Source of the DNA: Eledone cirrhosa
Lineage: Eukaryota
Assembly: GCA_964016885.1 (NCBI GenBank)
Contig: OZ024742.1
Span: forward strand, 331,700,001-331,764,000
Length of the DNA: 64,000 nt
Direction of reading: 5' to 3'
The notes under the pieces were generated by a model. The model searched no databases and was not told the origin of the DNA. It was given only the letters and a program-made list of their open reading frames with translations. This document shows positions 29,751 to 40,900 of this stretch, piece after piece. How positions within the stretch are numbered: the stretch's first letter is position 1; each line of letters opens with the position of its first letter. A program made the translations under genes and the position numbers.

Positions 29751-31074
29751 GGCAGTTGGGGTGAACACTGAACACTGAATATTGAGGGTTATTTTTGCAG
29801 AAGAGAGGATTTAGTGGCAGTTGGGGTGAACACTGAACACTGAACACTGAATATTGAAGGTTATTTTTGGCAGACGAGAGGATTTAGTGGCAGTTGGGGT
29901 GAACACTGAACACTGAATATTGAATATTGATGGTTATTTTTGGCAGAAGAGGGGATTTAGTGGCAGTTGGGGTGAACACTGAACACTGAATATTGAATAT
30001 TGAAGGTTATCTTTGCAGAAGGGAGGATTTAGTGGCAGTTGGGGTGAACACTGATCACTGAATATTGAATATTGAAGGTTATTTTTGCAGAAGAGAGGAT
30101 TTAGTGGCAGTTGGGGTGAACACTGAACACTGAATATTGAATATTGAAGGTTATTTTTGCAGAAGAGAGGATTTAGTGGCAGTTGGGGTGAACAATGAAC
30201 ACTGAACACTGAATATTGAAGGTTATTTTTGCAGAAGAGAGGATTTAGTGGCAGTTGGAGTGAACACTGAACACTGAACACTGAATATTGAAGGTTATTT
30301 TTGCAGAAGAGAGGATTTAGTGGCAGTTGGGGTGAACAATAAACACTGAACACTGAATATTGAATATTGAAGGTTATTTTTGGCAGAAGAGAGGATTTAG
30401 TGGAAGTTGGGGTAAACACTGAACACTGAATATTGAAGGTTATTTTTGGCAGAAGAGAGGATTTAGTGGCTGTTGGGGTGAACACTGAATACTGAATATT
30501 GAATATTGAAGGTTATTTTTGCAGAAGAGAGGATGTAGTGGCAGTTGGGCTGAACACTGAACACTGAATACTGAATATTGAAGGTTATTTTTGCAGAAGA
30601 GAGGGTTTAGTGGCAGTTGGGGTGAACACTTAACACTGAATATTAAATATTGAAGGTAATTTTTGGCAGAAGAGAGGATTTAGTGGCAGTTGGGGTGAAC
30701 ACTGAACACTGAATATTGAAGGTTATTTTTGGCAGAAGAGAGGATTTAGTGGCAGTTGGGGTGAACACTGAAAACTGAATATTGAAGGTTATTTATGGCA
30801 GAAGAGAGGATTTAGTGGCAGTTGGGGTGAACACTGAACACTGAATATTGAAGGTTATTTTTGCAGAAGAGAGGATTTAGTGTCAGTTGGGGTGAACACT
30901 GAACACTGAACACTGAATATTGAAGGTTATTTTTGCAGAAGAGAGGATTTAGTGGCAGTTGGGGTGAACACTGAACACTGAATATTGAATATTGAAGGTT
31001 ATTTTTGGCAGAAGAGAGGATTTAGTGGCAGTTGGGGTGAACATTGAACACTGAATTTTGAATATTGAAGTTTA

Positions 31075-34000
31075 TTTTGCAGAAGAGAGGATTTAGTGGC
31101 AGTTGGGCTGAACACTGAACACTGAATATTGAATATTGAAGGTTATTTTTGCACTAGAGAGGATTTAGTGGCAGTTGGGGTGAACACTGAACACTGAATA
31201 TTGAATATTGAAGGTTATTTTTGCAGAAGAGAGGATTTACTGGGAGTTGGCGTGAACACTGAACACTGAATATTGAATATTGAAGGTTATTTTTGCTGAA
31301 GAGAGGATTTAGTGGCAGTTGGGGTGAACAATGAACACTGAATATTAAATATTGAAGGTTATTTTTGCAGAAGAGGGGATTTAGTGGCAGTTGGGCTGAA
31401 CACTGAACACTGAATACTGAATATTGAAGGTTATTTTTGCAGAAGAGAGGGTTTAGTGGCAGTTGGGGTGAACACTGAACACTGAATGTTGAAGGTTATT
31501 TTTTGCAGAAGAGAGGATTTAGTGGCAGTTGGGGTGAACACTTAACACTGAATATTAAATATTGAAGGTAATTTTTGGCAGAAGAGAGGATTTAGTGGCA
31601 GTTGGGGTGAACACTGAACACTGAATATTGAAGGTTATTTTTGGCAGAAGAGAGGATTTAGTGGCAGTTGGGGTGAACACTGAACACTGAATATTGAAGG
31701 TTATTTATGGCAGAAGAGAGGATTTAGTGGCAGTTGGGGTGAACACTGAACACTGAATATTGAAGGTTACTTTTGCAGAAGAGAGGATTTAGTGTCAGTT
31801 GGGGTGAACACTGAACACTGAACACTGAATATTGAAGGTTATTTTTGCAGAAGAGAGGATTTAGTGGCAGTTGGGGTGAACACTGAACACTGAATATTGA
31901 ATATTGAAGGTTATTTTTGGCAGAAGAGAGGATTTAGTGGCAGTTGGGGTGAACATTGAACACTGAATTTTGAATATTGAAGTTTATTTTGCAGAAGAGA
32001 GGATTTAGTGGCAGTTGGGGTGAACACTGAACACTGAATATTGAATATTGAAGGTTATTTTTGCACTAGAGAGGATTTAGTGGCAGTTGGGGTGAACACT
32101 GAACACTGAATATTGAATATTGAAGGTTATTTTTGCAGAAGAGAGGATTTAGTGACACTTGGGATGAACACTGAACACTGAATATTGAATATTGAAGGTT
32201 ATTTTTGCAGAGATGAGCATTTAGTGGCAATTGGGGTGAATACTGAACATTGAATATTGAATATTGAAGGTTATTTTTGCAGAAGAGAGGATTTACTGGG
32301 AGTTGGCGTGAACACTGAACACTGAATATTGAATATTGAAGGTTATTTTTGCTGAAGAGAGGATTTAGTGGCAGTTGGGGTGAACAATGAACACTGAATA
32401 TTGAATATTGAAGGTTATTTTTGCAGAAGAGGGGATTTAGTGGCAGTTGGGGTGAACACTGAACACTGAACACTGAACACTGAATATTGAAGGTTATTTT
32501 TGCAGAAGAGAGGATTTAGTGGCAGTTGGGGTGAACACTGAACACTGAATATTGAATATTGAAGGTTATTTTTGCAGAAGAGGGGATTTAGTGGCAGTTG
32601 GGGTGAACACTGAACACTGAACACTGAATATTGAAGGTTATTTTTGCAGAAGAGAGGATTTAGTGGCAGTTGGGCTGAACACTGAACACTGAATATTGAA
32701 TATTGAAGGTTATTTTTGCACTAGAGAGGATTTAGTGGCAGTTGGGGTGAACACTGAACACTGAATATTGAATATTGAAGGTTATTTTTGCAGAAGAGAG
32801 GATTTACTGGGAGTTGGCGTGAACACTGAACACTGAATATTGAATATTGAAGGTTATTTTTGCTGAAGAGAGGATTTAGTGGCAGTTGGGGTGAACAATG
32901 AACACTGAATATTAAATATTGAAGGTTATTTTTGCCGAAGAGGGGATTTAGTGGCAGTTGGGCTGAACACTGAACACTGAATACTGAATATTGAAGGTTA
33001 TTTTTGCAGAAGAGAGGGTTTAGTGGCAGTTGGGGTGAACACTGAACACTGAATGTTGAAGGTTATTTTTTGCAGAAGAGAGGATTTAGTGGCAGTTGGG
33101 GTGAACACTTAACACTGAATATTAAATATTGAAGGTAATTTTTGGCAGAAGAGAGGATTTAGTGGCAGTTGGGGTGAACACTGAACACTGAATATTGAAG
33201 GTTATTTTTGGCAGAAGAGAGGATTTAGTGGCAGTTGGGGTGAACACTGAACACTGAATATTGAAGGTTATTTATGGCAGAAGAGAGGATTTAGTGGCAG
33301 TTGGGGTGAACACTGAACACTGAATATTGAAGGTTACTTTTGCAGAAGAGAGGATTTAGTGTCAGTTGGGGTGAACACTGAACACTGAACACTGAATATT
33401 GAAGGTTATTTTTGCAGAAGAGAGGATTTAGTGGCAGTTGGGGTGAACACTGAACACTGAATATTGAATATTGAAGGTTATTTTTGGCAGAAGAGAGGAT
33501 TTAGTGGCAGTTGGGGTGAACATTGAACACTGAATTTTGAATATTGAAGTTTATTTTGCAGAAGAGAGGATTTAGTGGCAGTTGGGGTGAACACTGAACA
33601 CTGAATATTGAATATTGAAGGTTATTTTTGCACTAGAGAGGATTTAGTGGCAGTTGGGGTGAACACTGAACACTGAATATTGAATATTGAAGGTTATTTT
33701 TGCAGAAGAGAGGATTTAGTGACACTTGGGATGAACACTGAACACTGAATATTGAATATTGAAGGTTATTTTTGCAGAGATGAGCATTTAGTGGCAATTG
33801 GGGTGAATACTGAACATTGAATATTGAATATTGAAGGTTATTTTTGCAGAAGAGAGGATTTACTGGGAGTTGGCGTGAACACTGAACACTGAATATTGAA
33901 TATTGAAGGTTATTTTTGCTGAAGAGAGGATTTAGTGGCAGTTGGGGTGAACAATGAACACTGAATATTGAATATTGAAGGTTATTTTTGCAGAAGAGGG

Positions 34001-34213
34001 GATTTAGTGGCAGTTGGGGTGAACACTGAACACTGAACACTGAACACTGAATATTGAAGGTTATTTTTGCAGAAGAGAGGATTTAGTGGCAGTTGGGGTG
34101 AACACTGAACACTGAATATTGAATATTGAAGGTTATTTTTGCAGAAGAGGGGATTTAGTGGCAGTTGGGGTGAACACTGAACACTGAACACTGAATATTG
34201 AAGGTTATTTTTG
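31075..34213. repeat. Tandem duplication of a 1567-bp unit (31075-32641 / 32642-34213); third partial copy near 37570-38840
   Basis: ORF pairs 32066/33633/38259 and 32415/33982/38608, and the shared diverged monomer GCAGAGATGAGCATTT. Confidence 0.9.
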
Positions 34214-34569
34214 GTAGAAGAGAGGATTTAGTGGCAGTTGGGGTGAACACTGAACACTGAATATTGAATATTGAAGGTTATTTTTGGCAGAAGAGAGGAT
34301 TTAATGGCAGTTGGGGTAAACACTGAACACTGAATATTGAAGGTTATTTTTGGCAGAAGAGAGGATTTAGTGTCAGTTGGGGTGAACACTGAACACTGAA
34401 CACTGAATATTGAAGGTTATTTTTGCAGAAGAGAGGATTTAGTGGCAGTTGGGGTGAACACTGAACACTGAATATTGAAGGTTATTTTTGGCAGAAGAGA
34501 GGATTTAGTGGCAGTTGGGGTGAACACTGAACACTGAATATTGAAGGTTATTTTTGGCAGAAGAGAGGA

Positions 34570-37500
34570 TATAGTGGCAGTTGGGGTGAACACTGAACAC
34601 TGATCACAGAATATTGAAGGTTATTTTTGGCAGAAGAGAGGATTTAGTGGCAGTTGGGGTGAACACTGAACACTGAATATTGAATATTGAAGGTTATTTT
34701 TGGCAGAAGAGAGGATTTAGTGGCAGTTGGGGTGAACACTGAACACTGAATATTGAAGGTTATTTTTGGCAGAAGAGAGGATTTAGTGGCAGTTGGGGTG
34801 AACACTGAACACTGAATATTGAAGGTTATTTATGGCAGAAGAGAGGATTTAGTGGCAGTTGGGGTGAACAATGAACACTGAACACTGAATATTGAAGGTT
34901 ATTTTTGCAGAAGAGAGGATTTAGTGGCAGTTGGGGTGAACACTGAACACTGAATATTGAATATTGAAGGTTATTTTTGGCAGAAGAGAGGATTTAGTGG
35001 CAGTTGGGGTAAACACTGAACACTGAATATTGAAGGTTATTTTTGGCAGAAGAGAGGATTTAGTGGCTGTTGGGGTGAACACTGAACACTGAATATTGAA
35101 TATTGAAGGTTATTTTTGCAGAAGAGAGGATGTAGTGGCAGTTGGGCTGAACACTGAACACTGAATATTGAATATTGAAGGTTATTTTTGCAGAAGAGAG
35201 GGTTTAGTGGCAGTTGGGGTGAACACTGAACACTGAATGTTGAATGTTATTTTTTGCAGAAGAGAGGATTCAGTGGCAGTTGGGGTGAACACTTAACACT
35301 GAATATTAAATATTGAAGGTTATATTTGGCAGAAGAGAGGATTTAGTGACAGTTGGGGTGAACACTGAACACTGAATATTGAAGGTTAATTTTGGCAGAA
35401 GAGAGGATTTAGTGGCACTTTGGGTGAACACTGAACACTGAATATTGAATATTGAAGGTAATTTTTGGCAGAAGAGAGGATTTAGTGGCAGTTGGGGTGA
35501 ACACTGAACACTGAATATTGAAGGTTATTTTTGGCAGAAGAGAGGATTTAGTGGCAGTTGGGGTGAACACTGAACACTGAATATTGAAGGTTATTTATGG
35601 CAGAAGAGAGGATTTAGTGGCAGTTGGGGTGAACACTGAACACTGAATATTGAAGGTTATTTTTGCAGAAGAGAGGATTTAGTGTCAGTTGGGGTGAACA
35701 CTGAACACTGAACACTGAATATTGAAGGTTATTTTTGCAGAAGAGAGGACTTAGTGGCAGTTGGGGTGAACACTGAACACTGAATATTGAATATTGAAGG
35801 TTATTTTTGGCAGAAGAGAGGATTTAGTGGCAGTTGGGGTGAACATTGAACACTGAATTTTGAATATTGAAGTTTATTTTGCAGAAGAGAGGATTTAGTG
35901 GCAGTTGGGGTGAAGACTGAACACTGAATATTGAATATTGAAAGTTATCTTTGCACTAGAGAGGATTTAGTGGCAGTTGGGCTGAACACTGAACACTGAA
36001 TACTGAATATTGAAGGTTATTTTTGCAGAAGAGAGGGTTTAGTGGCAGTTGGGGTGAACACTGAACACTGAATATTGAAGGTTATTTTTTGCAGAAGAGA
36101 GGATTTAGTGGCAGTTGGGGTGAACACTTAACACTGAATATTAAATATTGAAGGTAATTTTTGGCAGAAGAGAGGATTTAGTGGCAGTTGGGGTGAACAC
36201 TGAACACTGAATATTGAAGGTTATTTTTGGCAGAAGAGAGGATTTAGTGGCAGTTGGGGTGAACACTGAACACTGATCACAGAATATTGAAGGTTATTTT
36301 TGGCAGAAGAGAGGATTTAGTGGCAGTTGGGGTGAACACTGAACACTGAATATTGAATATTGAAGGTTATTTTTGGCAGAAGAGAGGATTTAGTGGCAGT
36401 TGGGGTGAACACTGAACACTGAATATTGAAGGTTATTTATGGCAGAAGAGAGGATTTAGTGGCAGTTGGGGTGAACAATGAACACTGAACACTGAATATT
36501 GAAGGTTATTTTTGCAGAAGAGAGGATTTAGTGGCAGTTGGGGTGAATACTGAACACTGAATATTGAATATTGAAGGTTATTTTTGGCAGAAGAGAGGAT
36601 TTAGTGGCAGTTGGGGTAAACACTGAACACTGAATATTGAAGGTTATTTTTGGCAGAAGAGAGGATTTAGTGGCTGTTGGGGTGAACACTGAACACTGAA
36701 TATTGAATATTGAAGGTTATTTTTGCAGAAGAGAGTATGTAGTGGCAGTTGGGCTGAACACTGAACACTGAATATTGAATATTGAAGGTTATTTTTGCAG
36801 AAGAGAGGGTTTAGTGGCAGTTGGGGTGAACACTGAACACTGAATGTTGAATGTTATTTTTTGCAGAAGAGAGGATTCAGTGGCAGTTGGGGTGAACACT
36901 TAACACTGAATATTAAATATTGAAGGTTATTTTTGGCAGAAGAGAGGATTTAGTGACAGTTGGGGTGAACACTGAACACTGAATATTGAAGGTTAATTTT
37001 GGCAGAAGAGAGGATTTAGTGGCACTTTGGGTGAACACTGAACACTGAATATTGAATATTGAAGGTAATTTTTGGCAGAAGAGAGGATTTAGTGGCAGTT
37101 GGGGTGAACACTGAACACTGAATATTGAAGGTTATTTTTGGCAGAAGAGAGGATTTAGTGGCAGTTGGGGTGAACACTGAACACTGAATATTGAAGGTTA
37201 TTTATGGCAGAAGAGAGGATTTAGTGGCAGTTGGGGTGAACACTGAACACTGAATATTGAAGGTTATTTTTGCAGAAGAGAGGATTTAGTGTCAGTTGGG
37301 GTGAACACTGAACACTGAACACTGAATATTGAAGGTTATTTTTGCAGAAGAGAGGATTTAGTGGCAGTTGGGGTGAACACTGAACACTGAATATTGAATA
37401 TTGAAGGTTATTTTTGGCAGAAGAGAGGATTTAGTGGCAGTTGGGGTGAACATTGAACACTGAATTTTGAATATTGAAGTTTATTTTGCAGAAGAGAGGA

Positions 37501-37900
37501 TTTAGTGGCAGTTGGGGTGAAGACTGAACACTGAATATTGAATATTGAAGGTTATCTTTGCACTAGAGAGGATTTAGTGGCAGTTGGGCTGAACACTGAA
37601 CACTGAATACTGAATATTGAAGGTTATTTTTGCAGAAGAGAGGGTTTAGTGGCAGTTGGGGTGAACACTGAACACTGAATGTTGAAGGTTATTTTTTGCA
37701 GAAGAGAGGATTTAGTGGCAGTTGGGGTGAACACTTAACACTGAATATTAAATATTGAAGGTAATTTTTGGCAGAAGAGAGGATTTAGTGGCAGTTGGGG
37801 TGAACACTGAACACTGAATATTGAAGGTTATTTTTGGCAGAAGAGAGGATTTAGTGGCAGTTGGGGTGAACACTGAACACTGAATATTGAAGGTCATTTA
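34570..37900. repeat. Tandem duplication of a ~1.6-kb unit (offset 1673, then 1607 after loss of one 66-bp monomer)
   Basis: TGATCACAGA at 34601/36274 and GGCACTTTGG at 35414/37021. Both copies share TGAATGTTGAATGTT and GTGAAGACTG...ATCTTTGCACTAG. Confidence 0.82.
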
Positions 37901-40900
37901 TGGCAGAAGAGAGGATTTAGTGGCAGTTGGGGTGAACACTGAACACTGAATATTGAAGGTTACTTTTGCAGAAGAGAGGATTTAGTGTCAGTTGGGGTGA
38001 ACACTGAACACTGAACACTGAATATTGAAGGTTATTTTTGCAGAAGAGAGGATTTAGTGGCAGTTGGGGTGAACACTGAACACTGAATATTGAATATTGA
38101 AGGTTATTTTTCGCAGAAGAGAGGATTTAGTGGCAGTTGGGGTGAACATTGAACACTGAATTTTGAATATTGAAGTTTATTTTGCAGAAGAGAGGATTTA
38201 GTGGCAGTTGGGGTGAACACTGAACACTGAATATTGAATATTGAAGGTTATTTTTGCACTAGAGAGGATTTAGTGGCAGTTGGGGTGAACACTGAACACT
38301 GAATATTGAATATTGAAGGTTATTTTTGCAGAAGAGAGGATTTAGTGACACTTGGGATGAACACTGAACACTGAATATTGAATATTGAAGGTTATTTTTG
38401 CAGAGATGAGCATTTAGTGGCAATTGGGGTGAATACTGAACACTGAATATTGAATATTGAAGGTTATTTTTGCAGAAGAGAGGATTTACTGGGAGTTGGC
38501 GTGAACACTGAACACTGAATATTGAATATTGAAGGTTATTTTTGCTGAAGAGAGGATTTAGTGGCAGTTGGGGTGAACAATGAACACTGAATATTGAATA
38601 TTGAAGGTTATTTTTGCAGAAGAGGGGATTTAGTGGCAGTTGGGGTGAACACTGAACACTGAACACTGAACACTGAATATTGAAGGTTATTTTTGCAGAA
38701 GAGAGGATTTAGTGGCAGTTGGGGTGAACACTGAACACTGAATATTGAATATTGAAGGTTATTTTTGCAGAAGAGGGGATTTAGTGGCAGTTGGGGTGAA
38801 CACTGAACACTGAACACTGAATATTGAAGGTTATTTTTGGCAGAAGAGAGGATTTAATGGCAGTTGGGGTAAACACTGAACACTGAATATTGAAGGTTAT
38901 TTTTGGCAGAAGAGAGGATTTAGTGTCAGTTGGGGTGAACACTGAACACTGAACACTGAATATTGAAGGTTATTTTTGCAGAAGAGAGGATTTAGTGGCA
39001 GTTGGGGTGAACACTGAACACTGAATATTGAAGGTTATTTTTGCAGAAGAGAGGATTTAGTGGCAGTTGGGGTGAACACTGAACACTGAATATTGAAGGT
39101 TATTTTTGGCAGAAGAGAGGATTTAGTGGCAGTTGGGGTGAACACTGAACACTGAATATTGAAGGTTATTTTTGGCAGAAGAGAGGATATAGTGGCAGTT
39201 GGGGTGAACACTGAACACTGATCACAGAATATTGAAGGTTATTTTTGGCAGAAGAGAGGATTTAGTGGCAGTTGGGGTGAACACTGAACACTGAATATTG
39301 AATATTGAAGGTTATTTTTGGCAGAAGAGAGGATTTAGTGGCAGTTGGGGTGAACACTGAACACTGAATATTGAAGGTTATTTTTGGCAGAAGAGAGGAT
39401 TTAGTGGCAGTTGGGGTGAACACTGAACACTGAATATTGAATATTGAAGGTTATTTTTGGCAGAAGAGAGGATTTAGTGGCAGTTGGGGTGAACACTGGA
39501 CACTGAATATTGTAGGTTATTTTTGGCAGAAGAGAGGATTTAGTGGCAGTTTGGGTGAACACTGAACACTGAATATTGTATATTGAAGGTTATTTTTGCA
39601 GAAGAGAGGATTTAGTGGCAGTTGGGATGAACACTGAACACTGAACACTGAATATTGAAGTTTATTTTTGGCAGAAGAGAGGATTCAGTGGCAGTTGGGG
39701 TGAACACTGCACACTGAACACTGAATATTGAAGGTTATTTTTGGCAGAAGAGAGGATTTAGTGGCAGTTGGTGTGAACACTGAACACTGAATATTGAAGG
39801 TTATTTTTGGAAGAAGAGAGGATTTAGTGGCAGTTGGGGTGAACACTGAACACTGAATATTGAATATTGAAGGTTATTTCTGGCAGAAGAGAGGATTTAG
39901 TGGCAGTTGGGGTGAACACTGGACACTGAATATTGAAGGTTATTTTTGGCAGAAGAGAGGATTTAGTGGCAGTTGGGATGAACACTGAACACTGAACACT
40001 GAATATTGAAGGTTATTTTTGCAGAAGAGAGGATTTAGTGGCAGATGGGGTGAACGCTGAACACTGAATATTGAATGTTATTTTTGCAGAAGAGAGGATT
40101 TAGTGGCAGTTGGGGTGAGCACTGAACACTGAATATTGAATATTGAAGGTTATTTTTGGCTGAAGAGAGGATTTAGTGGCAGTTGGGGTGAACACTGAAC
40201 ACTGAATATTGAATATTGAAGGTTATTTTTGGCAGAAGAGAGGATTTAGTGGCAGTTGGGGTGAACACTGAACACTGAATATTGAAGGTTATTTTTGGCA
40301 GAAGATAGGATTTAGTGGCAGTTGGGGTGAACACTGAACACTGAATATTGAAGGTTAATTTTGGCAGAAGAGAGGATATAGTGGCAGTTGGGGTGAACAC
40401 TGAACACTGATCACTGAATATTGAAGGTTATCTTTGGCAGAAGAGAGGATTTAGTGGCAGTTGGGGTGAACACTGAACACTGAATATTGAATATTGAAGG
40501 TTATTTTTGGCAGAAGAGAGGATTTAGTGGCAGTTGGGGAGAACACTGAACACTGAATATTGAAGGTTAATTTTGGCAGAAGAGAGGATTTAGTGGCAGT
40601 TTGGGTGAACACTGAACACTGAACACTGAATATTGAAGGTTCTTTTTGCAGAAGAGAGGGTTTAGTGGCAGTTGGGGTGAACACTGAACACTGAATATTG
40701 AAGGTTATTTTTGGCAGAAGAGAGGATTTAGTGGCAGTTGCGGTGAACACTGAACACTGAATATTGAAGGTTATTTTTGGCAGAAGAGAGGATTTAGTGG
40801 CAGTTGGGGTGAACACTCAACACTGAATATTGAAGGTTATTTTTGGCAGAAGAGAGGATTTAGTGGCAGTTGGGGTGAACACTGAACACTGAATATTGAA

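Larger units (their letters stand above)
1..29900. repeat. Satellite subfamily domain A (mixed 65/66/72/73-bp monomers, with a recurring ~10-monomer cassette)
   Basis: The diagnostic monomer GGTTCTATTTGC...GGATTCAG...CACTAAACAC occurs 23 times by my count (63, 1395, 2447, 4615, 6357, 7752, 9494, 10812, 12130, 13235, 14553, 15532, 16292, 18243, 18941, 20259, 21238, 21998, 23949, 25267, 26799, 28117, 29096) and never afterwards. Companion markers are GCATAAGAG, GGTGATTTTT, GGTTATATTTGGTAG, TTTTTGAAGAAG and CAGACGAG. Confidence 0.9.
29900..39450. repeat. Satellite subfamily domain B (contains the most diverged monomers; ~1.6-kb higher-order units)
   Basis: Markers GCACTAGAGAG, TTTACTGGGAGTTGGCG, GTGACACTTGGGAT, GCAGAGATGAGCATTTAGTGGCAATT, GGATGTAG, TTATTTATGGC, TAGTGTCAG and TGATCACAGA are confined to this interval. 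Confidence 0.85.
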
